Shown here piece by piece: positions 53,521 through 62,958 of a stretch of DNA of 64,000 bases. The position numbers and the translations under genes were made by a program. The first letter of the stretch is position 1. Every line of letters begins with the position of its first letter. The notes below the pieces were generated by a model, which was not told the origin of the DNA, made no database searches, and saw only the letters and a list, made by a program, of their open reading frames with translations. The stretch is from an uncultured Candidatus Saccharibacteria bacterium (GTDB lineage: Bacteria; Patescibacteriota; Saccharimonadia; Saccharimonadales; SZUA-47), in contig CAYQPN010000002.1 in assembly GCA_964419675.1 (NCBI GenBank), forward strand, positions 3,073-67,072, given 5' to 3'.

Positions 53521-53724
53521 CTAATTACTGCTAACAAAAGGCAATAGTGCCAGGTGTCTAGCTCGTTTGATAGCTTTTGCTAGTTGTCTTTGCTTACTTT
53601 CAGTTAAACCTGTCTTTTTTCTCTGTTCAATTTGTCCATATTGGTTCACGTATCTTTGCAAGGTTTTAAAATCCTTGTAGTCAAAGAACGGGATGTCTGT
53701 CCGGTGTTTAAAAATCTTTGCCAC
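53521..53724 (-). CDS. rpsR: 30S ribosomal protein S18
   Basis: 67-aa ORF ...[49 protein letters not shown]. Confidence 0.93.
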   Translation of the reverse strand: MAKIFKHRTDIPFFDYKDFKTLQRYVNQYGQIEQRKKTGLTESKQRQLAKAIKRARHLALLPFVSSN

Positions 53725-53938
53725 TTAAGTTCTCCTTATTTGCGCAGACGATTTTTAGAGTGGTCATTTACTTTACTCTTGCGACAATTTTACCAGCTGT
53801 ATAGTTTATACACCTATCTAAAATGTGCTCGGACTAAAGCAAATGACACTTGGCAAAAAAGTCGCTGCTTCTCTGTTGTTACTTAATAATTTGTTAATTC
53901 TGAAGTATTTTGAGCAATCTTTTAAGGAATTTTGGGTT

Positions 53939-54033
53939 GTGCAGTCTGGGATGGAGACCGAGCACAATTGGTGAAATCGTACGCTATGGTACGATGAACC
54001 AATTTGACGCAGGTATCCGCCCAGAATGTGCAC
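53939..54033. ncRNA. Structured repeat element E, copy 2 (ssb-rpsR spacer)
   Basis: Homolog of 52843-52935. The equivalent helix TCTGGG(A)TGGAGACC / GGTATCCGCCCAGA has compensatory changes. The 73-aa ORF at 53818-54039 over it is judged spurious. Confidence 0.45.
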
Positions 54034-54044
54034 CCACAAATTTC

Positions 54045-54524
54045 TTAAAAAGGGATGTCGTCAAGATTTATAGGCTCGTCGCCTAAATCCTCAACTTCAA
54101 CGTCTTCTTTTTTCTTCGTAGATTTTGCTGGTGCGTCAGATTCATCTGAAGCTGAAGACGAACTTGGTGCTGAGCTTTCGCCAGCATTCCTGTCTCTGTC
54201 TCCGCCTACAAAATTAAAGTCTTCTACTACAACTTCTACCTTTGAGCGTTTTTGGCCTTCTTGTTCCCATGACCGTTGTTGCAAGCGTCCTGAGACCAAA
54301 ATGCCACTACCCTTTTTCATGTATTGGTTAATTATTTCCGCTGGTTTGCCCCAAATATTACAGTCAATGTAGTCAACTGCTTCTTGTTGCTCACCGCTAG
54401 CGTTCTTCCAACTGCGGTTAACCGCTAGTGAAAACCCACATACATTCTGACCGTTTGGTGTTGTTCGTAGCTCGGGGTCCCTAGTAAGATTCCCCATCAA
54501 AACAACTTTATTAAATCCTCTCAT
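54045..54524 (-). CDS. ssb: Single-stranded DNA-binding protein
   Basis: 159-aa ORF with the OB fold MRGFNKVVLMGNLTRDPELRTTPNG and the acidic tip DDIPF. Confidence 0.95.
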   Translation of the reverse strand: MRGFNKVVLMGNLTRDPELRTTPNGQNVCGFSLAVNRSWKNASGEQQEAVDYIDCNIWGKPAEIINQYMKKGSGILVSGRLQQRSWEQEGQKRSKVEVVVEDFNFVGGDRDRNAGESSAPSSSSASDESDAPAKSTKKKEDVEVEDLGDEPINLDDIPF

Positions 54525-54581
54525 CGTACCTCCTTATTTATAGTTCCACGTCGTTTACAATTTCATTCTACCCCACTTTGC

Positions 54582-54679
54582 TTGGTTTCTGAGCATATGT
54601 GACTCAGTAAACTAAAAGCGAAGTGCAGGCCGTTTCGGCCGTAGCGGTTTACTGAGTTACTTGTGCTCAGATAAACCAA
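54582..54679. other. 98-nt extended hairpin in the rpsF-ssb spacer
   Basis: Stacked helices TTGGTTT/AAACCAA, CTGAGCA/TGCTCAG and ACTCAGTAAAC/GTTTACTGAGT, with apical GGCCG-TTT-CGGCC. Confidence 0.5.
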
Positions 54680-54688
54680 CTTCACCCT

Positions 54689-55078
54689 CTATTCTTCTTC
54701 GTTATCGTCATCTTCGTCATCACGATCACTGTCGCCACCCTTGGCTATTCGCTTATCGCGATTAACTTTCATAGCTTCAGCTTTAGCAATGGCTTTCACG
54801 TCAACTCTAGTCAACAAGAAACGAATTACTTCGTCTGTAATGTTCAAACCATCATTGATTTTTTTAACGCCAGCTGTTGGCAATTCTAAGCTGTAAAATA
54901 CGTATACAGCATGTTCATGTCCAGCTATTTTGTAGGCTAGCTTACGCTTACCCCAATTGTCGGTTGCTTTGATACTTCCTTTACTAGCTGATACAAGTTT
55001 CTCAACCTGCGCAGACGCCTTTTCTAGATCAATTTCTAGATCAGGATGATAAAGTACAGCAAGTTCATATTGCTCCAT
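54689..55078 (-). CDS. rpsF: 30S ribosomal protein S6 (acidic C-terminal tail)
   Basis: 129-aa ORF MEQYELAVLYHPDLE...WGKRKLAYKI..., tail DSDRDDEDDDNEEE. Confidence 0.93.
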   Translation of the reverse strand: MEQYELAVLYHPDLEIDLEKASAQVEKLVSASKGSIKATDNWGKRKLAYKIAGHEHAVYVFYSLELPTAGVKKINDGLNITDEVIRFLLTRVDVKAIAKAEAMKVNRDKRIAKGGDSDRDDEDDDNEEE

Positions 55079-55180
55079 CTAAATGTTTTCTCCTTTCTTC
55101 GGTTTATAACTTACGCGCCTAAGAGCCGTAAGCTAAAGTTAATTATTACAGATGTAATTATACTCTATAACAGATAAAAA

Positions 55181-57367
55181 TCAAAGTTCTTCTAGCGCTT
55201 GGTCGGCTTCGCTCAATGGCTCGACCCCCAAATTGAATACTTCTGAGGTAGAAGATACCAGTACATCGCGTGGTTTTGAACCATCTGCCTGGCCTACAAT
55301 TCCCTGTTCTTCCATCATGTCTATCAGACGTGATGCCCTGCCGTAACCTATCCTTAGACGGCGTTGTAGCAAGCTTGTACTAGCTTTTCGGTTGTCTACC
55401 ACTACTTGTACGGCATCCTTCCATAAGTCATCGTCTGAGTCCATCGGCGCATGATCTGGCACTATCCCGCCCTTACCGTTAAGTTGTACTGGTTGGCTAA
55501 CAACCTCATCATCATATTGTGGTGGACGCTGGGTACGAAGAAAATCGTTAACTCTTACTATTTCTTCATTGGTAATCAAAGCACCCTGCACACGAATAGG
55601 TTTTGGCATTTCGGTTACCTTGAATAACATATCACCCATTCCAAGTAGCTTCTCTGCACCCATAGAATCAATAATGATATTGCTGTTAACTTGACCAGCT
55701 ACAGTAAATGCGATTCTAGCCGGTACGTTGGCCTTGATTAGTCCGGTAATTACGTCTGCGCTTGGCCTCTGAGTTGCAAGCACCAAATGTATTCCGGCTG
55801 CGCGAGCTTTTTGAGCTATTCTAACTACCAAAGCCTCTACATCCCGGGCAGCCATCATCATCAAATCGGCTAGCTCATCAATGACAATAACAATGTATGG
55901 CATTGAGTCATTATCGGGTAGACTATTGTATTCTTCTATGTTGCGTTTGCTTGCTTCAGCAAATGTGCGCAGACGCCTTTCCATTTCTGACACTGCCCAT
56001 TTTAGCGCACTAATACATTTTTCTGGCTCCGTAATAACGGGAGTAAGAAGATGCGGGATATCTTTATAAGAGGTTAACTCAACCTGCTTAGGGTCAACCA
56101 AAATTAGCTTTAAGTCTGCTGGGCTATTTTTGTATAAAAGGCTTGTTAGCAGCGTGTTAATCATCACTGACTTACCCGACCCAGTTTGACCAGCAATCAA
56201 AAGGTGAGGCATTTTGTCTAGTGAAGCCAATACGGGCTGACCAGCTATGTCCCTACCCACTACAAAACTTAAATGTTCTGTATCATTAACCCAACGTTTA
56301 TCTTCGATTACGCCTGCAAGTCGTACTGTTGCGGCCTTGATGTTTGGCACTTCTATTCCAACAGCTCTCTTGCCTGGTATAGGTGCTTCAATCCTGATAC
56401 TTTGTGCCGCTAAGTTTAGCGATAGTTCTTTATCCAAGGCTGAAATCTTGCTTAATTTAGTCCCGGCCGGTGGTTTTAGTGTAAATTGCGTAACCCTTGG
56501 CCCAACATTAGCCCCTTCCATTTCTACTTCAATATTAAAGTTAGAAAATGTATCTTTGATAATCTCTGCATTAGTATTTACATCACCAGGGTCTGCCTTA
56601 TCCTGCTTTTTTAACAATAAATCTACAGTAGGTAGTTGCCAATTTGGGTCTCTGGCTTCAGTTAGAGCCTCGTGATTTTCTTCAGGCGATAATTTAGGCG
56701 CAAAAGTGTTTTTTAGCGTACTTCTGCCGGAATTATGCTCAACAGGAACTCCTTCATTCAGCTGAAAACCTGGAGCGCCTTCAGCTTTTTCTTTCAGCGT
56801 GCTAAGGTCACTATCTTCGTCCGTTGATTTACGTTGAAATGGCTTAAGAAAAATGTATAGCGGTATTGAAAAAGTCCAGCATGTTGCAAGTAATGTAAGT
56901 ACAAGAAACAGAATGCTGGCTGGCAATTGATCCAGCGCGGCCAGCACGGCACCGCCTACTATTCTACCGGCACCACCACCTTCACCGCCAGCAGTAAGAC
57001 CCGCTGCTGACTTGCCAACAAAAACTACATGAAGCCAGGCTGATAACGCTAACAATAGGCTTCCCATACTAAAAATTCTGCTAATCGGAAGATTGTGTTC
57101 CTCGGACTTTAGTTTGTGGACTCCCCAATAAGCAAGTGCCACTGGTGATAAATAGGCAGCCAGCCCTAAAACAGACTCAACAATATCAAACATGCCAACT
57201 GGCAAGCTCCCACCCGTACCAAAACCACCCAATAAAAGAAAAACCGCTGCCACAATCATTAACACTCCGCCGGCCTGTCTAACAAACATGTTAGGCTCGC
57301 GCGGAACTTGATTTACTTTCTTCTTAGAAGTTTGTCTTTTGTTTGATCGTCTTTTTCTTTTTGACAT
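55181..57367 (-). CDS. ftsK: DNA translocase FtsK/SpoIIIE
   Basis: 728-aa ORF with N-terminal TM helices, LLIAGQTGSGKSV, IVIDELADLM and a C-terminal gamma wHTH domain. Confidence 0.93.
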   Translation of the reverse strand: MSKRKRRSNKRQTSKKKVNQVPREPNMFVRQAGGVLMIVAAVFLLLGGFGTGGSLPVGMFDIVESVLGLAAYLSPVALAYWGVHKLKSEEHNLPISRIFSMGSLLLALSAWLHVVFVGKSAAGLTAGGEGGGAGRIVGGAVLAALDQLPASILFLVLTLLATCWTFSIPLYIFLKPFQRKSTDEDSDLSTLKEKAEGAPGFQLNEGVPVEHNSGRSTLKNTFAPKLSPEENHEALTEARDPNWQLPTVDLLLKKQDKADPGDVNTNAEIIKDTFSNFNIEVEMEGANVGPRVTQFTLKPPAGTKLSKISALDKELSLNLAAQSIRIEAPIPGKRAVGIEVPNIKAATVRLAGVIEDKRWVNDTEHLSFVVGRDIAGQPVLASLDKMPHLLIAGQTGSGKSVMINTLLTSLLYKNSPADLKLILVDPKQVELTSYKDIPHLLTPVITEPEKCISALKWAVSEMERRLRTFAEASKRNIEEYNSLPDNDSMPYIVIVIDELADLMMMAARDVEALVVRIAQKARAAGIHLVLATQRPSADVITGLIKANVPARIAFTVAGQVNSNIIIDSMGAEKLLGMGDMLFKVTEMPKPIRVQGALITNEEIVRVNDFLRTQRPPQYDDEVVSQPVQLNGKGGIVPDHAPMDSDDDLWKDAVQVVVDNRKASTSLLQRRLRIGYGRASRLIDMMEEQGIVGQADGSKPRDVLVSSTSEVFNLGVEPLSEADQALEEL

Positions 57368-57450
57368 AGTGATTATATTTTAACACTTATATAATAGTGA
57401 TGAGTTACTGTTGTTATTTTAACAAAACTTAAGCGTTTTGTCAATGGCTA

Positions 57451-59505
57451 TCAGTCAGTACGGGCATCTTGGCCTAACAGTTGTTGGCGCAACTGCTTGA
57501 AACGTTCTTGCTGATCAGATGCGATTTGTTCAGGAGTTTTCTCTGGCTTTTGAGGGAAGTTACTACCTTCTGGCTTATCTGCACCGCGTCCACCAATGAT
57601 ATTTACAACCGGAATAACGATTGGGCTCCGCTGGGTTTGTTCGTATAGAAAATGAGTAACGTAATCTTTCAATTCTGCTTTGAATCTGTCTAGGTCAACT
57701 CGCTTATAGCGCTGAATTACTGCACGCTTAAGCTCTGTTCTGAATAAATTCATTAGCTCTTCTGAATCACGCATATATATGAAACCGCGACTAATAATGT
57801 CTGGGCTTGTCATTAACTGACCAGACTTTTTATCAATAGTTAGAATAACTACAACCAGTCCTTCCTCAGCCAAAATTAGACGGTCTTTCACAACCACATT
57901 GTTAACAAGCGCTCCTGTCTGATCTACAAGCACTGTTCCGGTTGGAACCTCGCCAATAATCTCCATTTTTTGATCACCAACGACAATAATTTGACCATTT
58001 TCGGCATTCACTGTATTTTTGCGAGGAATACCCTCTTCAATCGCTATGTCTATGTGGCGCTTTTTACTAGCAAAACTACCGTAGATTGGTATGAAATATT
58101 TAGGTTGCATGAAGTTAATCATGTCGCGATATTCTTCTACGCTAGCGTGACCTGAGACGTGCAGTGGACCACATTTATCAAGTTCACGGGTCTGATGACG
58201 AAAGACGTGAACACCCATTCGCATTAGATTATCAACCATACCGGAGATTAGGGCATCATTACCAGACTCTGGAATTGGCGTGCTACTTAACACTACTGTG
58301 TCTTGTTCTTTAAGTTTTACGTGCTTGTGTTGACCGGCTGCCATACGTTGCAGGGCAGAGTTTGGCTCACCCTGAGAACCAGTACACATAACCACGATAT
58401 CTCTATCCGGAATGTTACCAACGCTATTAATAGGTACAAATGTTCCCTTAGGGATTTTCATAAACCCATTACGCACCGCCATTTCAAGCGTGCTCATCAT
58501 GCTACGGCCATCAAGTGCAATCTTGCGATTATGCTTAACGGCAGCGTTAACAATCATCTGTACGCGGTTAACGTTAGTAGAAAACAGCGCTACAAACATC
58601 CGTCCTGGGGCTTGTTCCATAAGATCAACAAAGCTTTGTTCAATTGTTGATTCGCTTGGTGTTCTACCCGGACGTTCGGTTGTTGTGCTCTCTGATAAAA
58701 GTGCTAAAACCCCTTCTTTTCCAAGCTCTTTTAAGCGTTCAGTGTCAGTTTTCTCATGATCTAGAGGGTTTGGATCAAGACGGAAATCACCGGTGTTTAC
58801 GATACGTCCTACTGGGGTATCAACAACCACACAAGTGCTCCCAGGAATTGAGTGCGTAATGCCAACTAACTCTACAAAAAAGCTACCCAGTTTAAGCCTT
58901 TCATGAGTGTGCTCGTTCATAATTACGGTTTCTAACTTGAAGCCTTGAGGCATAGGCAAACCAAAGTTGCCAAAAATCTCTTCTACACGACCGATGGTAA
59001 ATCGGCTACCGTATACTGGTGCCGGAATCTTGGGAACAATATGTGGCAAACCACCAATGTGGTCAAGGTGCCCATGAGTAATTACATACCCTTTTAGTTT
59101 GTGTTTAATGCTTTCAAGATAGCTAAAGTCACATACACCGTAGTTAATACCTGGTAAATCAACCCCAAGGTCGTTACCAGCATCAATAACGATTGCTTCG
59201 TTTGCGTACTCAATTAGCATCATGTTTTTTGAACCACCACCGTCCATACCACCAAGACCGATTATTTTTAGCCTTGGGCTGTCGTCGATTACGTTGGCTC
59301 TTTTACCATTGACGTCACCTTCGGGCAATTTGTACTGGCTAACTATTCGGTTAGCGTCATCGATTGACCTTTTTTGAGCTCTTATAGCCTCTCCCCTGGA
59401 CGCGCTACGCGCTTGCTCGGTGGTCTTTGGTCTAGCTTGAGCGCTAAATTGTTGTTTTTGTTGAGGAGGTCTTTGGCCTCCTCTTTGATTATTTTGTTTG
59501 TTCAT
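57451..59505 (-). CDS. rnj: Ribonuclease J with a basic Q/R-rich N-terminal extension
   Basis: 684-aa ORF with the MBL motif THGHLDHIGG, a beta-CASP region and a C-terminal domain. The first ~60 aa are low-complexity. Confidence 0.9.
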   Translation of the reverse strand: MNKQNNQRGGQRPPQQKQQFSAQARPKTTEQARSASRGEAIRAQKRSIDDANRIVSQYKLPEGDVNGKRANVIDDSPRLKIIGLGGMDGGGSKNMMLIEYANEAIVIDAGNDLGVDLPGINYGVCDFSYLESIKHKLKGYVITHGHLDHIGGLPHIVPKIPAPVYGSRFTIGRVEEIFGNFGLPMPQGFKLETVIMNEHTHERLKLGSFFVELVGITHSIPGSTCVVVDTPVGRIVNTGDFRLDPNPLDHEKTDTERLKELGKEGVLALLSESTTTERPGRTPSESTIEQSFVDLMEQAPGRMFVALFSTNVNRVQMIVNAAVKHNRKIALDGRSMMSTLEMAVRNGFMKIPKGTFVPINSVGNIPDRDIVVMCTGSQGEPNSALQRMAAGQHKHVKLKEQDTVVLSSTPIPESGNDALISGMVDNLMRMGVHVFRHQTRELDKCGPLHVSGHASVEEYRDMINFMQPKYFIPIYGSFASKKRHIDIAIEEGIPRKNTVNAENGQIIVVGDQKMEIIGEVPTGTVLVDQTGALVNNVVVKDRLILAEEGLVVVILTIDKKSGQLMTSPDIISRGFIYMRDSEELMNLFRTELKRAVIQRYKRVDLDRFKAELKDYVTHFLYEQTQRSPIVIPVVNIIGGRGADKPEGSNFPQKPEKTPEQIASDQQERFKQLRQQLLGQDARTD

Positions 59506-59537
59506 TTATTCTCCTTTTTTTCTTGTTAAATAAATAT

Positions 59538-60125
59538 TTAATTTGTTGTTTTCAAAAGCAGAGGTACTGATTGAAAATCGTCAATCAGTGTTTGTCTAAG
59601 AGCTCCGTTATACAGAGCTGCTGCTGGATGATAAAGAGGCAAAACAACTATGCTTGTCTCCTTATTTTCTAACAGTACTTTTATCCGTTTTGGCTTTCCG
59701 TGATCTGCGCTAATGTGCAGATTTTTAATAAATGCTTCCCCGCTGTGACGCCCTAGTGTTGCAACTATTTTAGGTTTTATTATAGCTAATTGTTTAAGTA
59801 AATACGGCCAAAATTCTTTCTTTTCTTCAGGCAGTGGGTCACGGTTATTTGGCGGTCGGTATTTAACAATATTAGTTATATATACATCGCTACGATTCAT
59901 GTTGGCACTTTCTAGCATTGTATCTAGGAACTTTCCAGCTGCCCCAACAAATGGAATTCCCGAAGCGTCTTCGTTCTTGCCGGGCGCTTCTCCGATAAAT
60001 ACAACTTCAGCATCAGCATTACCATCACCAAATACTAGTTGGGTTGCAGTTTTGGCAAGTTCTTTGCAGGGCTGCTGAGAATTAATGAGCTTTTTTAGCT
60101 GCTCGAGCTCTTGAATTTTTGTCAT
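59538..60125 (-). CDS. Uracil-DNA glycosylase, family 4
   Basis: 195-aa ORF with GEAPGKNEDASGIPFVGAAGKFLD and HPAAALYN. Confidence 0.88.
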   Translation of the reverse strand: MTKIQELEQLKKLINSQQPCKELAKTATQLVFGDGNADAEVVFIGEAPGKNEDASGIPFVGAAGKFLDTMLESANMNRSDVYITNIVKYRPPNNRDPLPEEKKEFWPYLLKQLAIIKPKIVATLGRHSGEAFIKNLHISADHGKPKRIKVLLENKETSIVVLPLYHPAAALYNGALRQTLIDDFQSVPLLLKTTN

Positions 60126-60327
60126 TTGAAAATGCTAACTTAACTGCTATTTTTAAATACCTTACGCTATAATATACGCCCACAAAAGATGCTAAGTATG
60201 CTAGTAAACTTCCAGAATCGATTGCAACAAGCATAATGCTATAAGTTGCAACAAACACTAAAAGACTTAAAACTGCCGGGTATGTCCAGGACTCATTTTT
60301 ACTACTGAATATTCTCTTTTTACTCAC
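60082..60327 (-). CDS. Small two-TM membrane protein (uncertain)
   Basis: 81-aa ORF with a GTG start after GGGAGGG. Its last 44 nt overlap the UDG start; no family recognised. Confidence 0.4.
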   Translation of the reverse strand: MSKKRIFSSKNESWTYPAVLSLLVFVATYSIMLVAIDSGSLLAYLASFVGVYYSVRYLKIAVKLAFSNDKNSRARAAKKAH

Positions 60328-60341
60328 CCCTCCCTACCTTT

Positions 60342-62483
60342 CTACTTTGTTTCTTTTTCTTTAGCTGCTGCGCGCATACTTAGCTGAAGTCGCCCGCGGT
60401 CGTCAATAGCTACTAATTTCACTGTAACCATATCACCTTCTTTAACAACGTCGCTAGTCTTTTCTACTCGTTCATCGCTCAGCTCACTGATATGCACTAA
60501 ACCATCTTTGCCGGGAAGAATCTGTACAAAAGCACCGAAATCCATGACACTAACAACTGGCTTGTCTCTATAAATTGTTCCAACAACTGGATCTTCGGTC
60601 ATGCCTTTAATCCAAGCAATGGCTGCATCAATCTTAGACTTATCGGGGCTGGCAATCATAATTGTACCGTCGTCTTTAATATCAATTTCTGTCCCTGTTT
60701 CTGCTGTTATTTTCTGAATCATTTCACCTCCCTTACCGATAATTTCACGGATTCTATCTGGGTTAATCTTAATTGATTCAACTCTTGGTGCGTACGGGCT
60801 CATTTCAGCTTTTGGCTCAGCAATAGTACTCAGCATGTGTTGCAGAATTTCTGCTCGGCCTTGTTTTCCCTGCTCTAACGCCAGCGCCAAAACATCTGTA
60901 CCGAGTCCATGAACTTTCATGTCCATTTGAAGAGCAGTAATACCGTTCGTAGTTCCAGTTACCTTAAAGTCCATGTCACCAGCAAAATCTTCAGCATCAG
61001 CGATATCACTTAATATAAATGGTTTATCGCCGTCAAGCATTAATCCCATGGCTATTCCACTAACAGGTCGCTTAATTGGTACTCCGGCGTCCATCAAAGC
61101 CATACAGCTTGAGCAGGTTGCTGCCATAGATGTAGACCCATTTTGACTCATAATTTCGGTTACTGATCTGATTGCGTAAGGGAAATCTTCTTCACTAGGC
61201 AACATCGGTAATATGGCTCGTTCAGCCAAGTATCCATGACCAATTTCGCGCCTGCCTGGAGACCCTAGTCGTTTTACTTCACCAACTGTCCAACCTGGTG
61301 CATTGTAGTGATGCATATAGCGCCTATCACCTGATCGCTCCATGGTATCAATCATTTGCGAATAACTAAGTGGCGCGAGCGTAACAATGTTCATGGCCTG
61401 AGTTGCGCCCCGAGTAAACAAACTTGAGCCGTGAGCTCTTGGCAAGAAACCAATCTCGCTCGAAAGCTGTCTTATTTCGGTCATTTTTCGGCCATCAGGT
61501 CTAATTTGATCTTCTACTATTCCCTTTCGAGCATCTGCGTGAAGCGCCATTTGGAAGGCTTCTGAGTAATCATTTTTAACTTCGGCGTATGCTTCTTCAC
61601 CTAGTTCTTTTTCAAAATTGGCATGCATTTGCACTCGTATCTCGTCTATCATGGCATTACGCTTTGGATAGTCGATTCTTAAAGCTCTACCTAGCTTGCC
61701 CTCTACCCATGCACCGACCTTTTTCATGATTTCTTCATCAGTCTTCAAAAGTTCAAACTCTAGAGGTGTTACGCCAACTTTGCTTACAAGTTCCTGCTGA
61801 AGTTTTATAGCAGGTTGCATTTGTTCGAAGGCAAAGTTCATTGCGTCAATAACTTCTTGTTCGCTAACTTCATTAGCGCCAGCTTCAACCATCATAATGC
61901 CGTCTTTAGTACCAGCAACTACTAAGTCTAACTTGCTTGCTTCATACTCTTCATAGCTCATGAAGGCCTTCATCTTGCCGTCTTCGGTGAGTCCAACGCG
62001 CAATCCTGCTACAGGGCCCTCAAATGGAGCTCCGGTCAGCATTAAAGCAGCGCTGGTTGCAATCATAGCTATCATATCTGGTCTAAAACTTGGATCCATA
62101 CTAAGAACACTTGAAATACCTTGAACTTCTTGGCGGTAACCCTTTGGCCAGAGTGGTCGAATAGGTCGGTCAATGATGCGTCCAATTAATATTGCATCGT
62201 CACTTGGGCGGCCTTCTCTTTTTATAAATCTACTGCCACTAATCTTGCCGGCTGCATAGAATTTCTCTTCATAATCTATACTTAGCGGGAAGTAATCCAT
62301 CCCTGATATTGGCCTGTTACCAACCATAGCAGTCCCCATGACGACTGTGTCGCCATATTTGACTAGCACCGTAGCTGAACTTCTAAAGCCTACTCTGTTA
62401 ACTTCTAATGTTAGTGTTTGCCCGCAAAACTCGGTTGATACGCTTAAAATATCCTTACCTAGCGGATTTATTGTCTGTGACAT
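60342..62483 (-). CDS. pnp: Polyribonucleotide nucleotidyltransferase
   Basis: 713-aa ORF with two RNase PH domains, KH (IGKGGEMIQKI) and S1 (GAFVQILPGKDGLVHISEL). Confidence 0.96.
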   Translation of the reverse strand: MSQTINPLGKDILSVSTEFCGQTLTLEVNRVGFRSSATVLVKYGDTVVMGTAMVGNRPISGMDYFPLSIDYEEKFYAAGKISGSRFIKREGRPSDDAILIGRIIDRPIRPLWPKGYRQEVQGISSVLSMDPSFRPDMIAMIATSAALMLTGAPFEGPVAGLRVGLTEDGKMKAFMSYEEYEASKLDLVVAGTKDGIMMVEAGANEVSEQEVIDAMNFAFEQMQPAIKLQQELVSKVGVTPLEFELLKTDEEIMKKVGAWVEGKLGRALRIDYPKRNAMIDEIRVQMHANFEKELGEEAYAEVKNDYSEAFQMALHADARKGIVEDQIRPDGRKMTEIRQLSSEIGFLPRAHGSSLFTRGATQAMNIVTLAPLSYSQMIDTMERSGDRRYMHHYNAPGWTVGEVKRLGSPGRREIGHGYLAERAILPMLPSEEDFPYAIRSVTEIMSQNGSTSMAATCSSCMALMDAGVPIKRPVSGIAMGLMLDGDKPFILSDIADAEDFAGDMDFKVTGTTNGITALQMDMKVHGLGTDVLALALEQGKQGRAEILQHMLSTIAEPKAEMSPYAPRVESIKINPDRIREIIGKGGEMIQKITAETGTEIDIKDDGTIMIASPDKSKIDAAIAWIKGMTEDPVVGTIYRDKPVVSVMDFGAFVQILPGKDGLVHISELSDERVEKTSDVVKEGDMVTVKLVAIDDRGRLQLSMRAAAKEKETK

Positions 62484-62665
62484 ATATTCTCCTTTACTTG
62501 TACCGAGTGAACTCAGTAACAGGGTTCAGTTTGCGAATCTTGCCGCAAGCTGTGCTCTATCACTGATTACTAATGTAGTCCACTCTTTGTTATTTTTCTT
62601 CTTTCTCACGTATTTCGTAATTCCTAGAAATGCGTGCGAGTAAAAAACCTAACTTCTAAAAACGA

Positions 62666-62929
62666 CTAACGGCGAAGACCCAATTTCTTTATAAGTTCTA
62701 GGTAGCCTGCGCTATTTTTTTCTGCTAGATACTTAAGGAGCTTCTTCCGTCGTCCGACAAGAACAATCAGCCCTCTTCGTGCCATGTGGTCTTTCTTGTT
62801 TATTTTCAAATGCTCTGTAAGTTCATTAATGCGAGCAGTGAATGCCGTTATTTGGGCACTTGAAGATCCGGTATCGGTCGCAGTTTTGCTGACGCTTTTT
62901 TTCGCGCTTGCAGTCTTCGTTTCTGTCAT
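62666..62929 (-). CDS. rpsO: 30S ribosomal protein S15
   Basis: 87-aa ORF ...[35 protein letters not shown]. Confidence 0.93.
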   Translation of the reverse strand: MTETKTASAKKSVSKTATDTGSSSAQITAFTARINELTEHLKINKKDHMARRGLIVLVGRRKKLLKYLAEKNSAGYLELIKKLGLRR

Positions 62930-62958
62930 TCTTAAGCTCTATTCTAGCACCTCTTTAA

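Noticed and set aside
52843-54033. E1/E2 as small protein genes or as hammerhead/twister ribozymes
   Set aside because: The plus-strand frames (VQFGMMNKHNCRRH… versus VQSGMETEHNW*) differ by non-synonymous changes at all codon positions and stop at different points. The CUGAnGA/GAAA hammerhead core and the twister conserved nucleotides are not conserved between the two copies.
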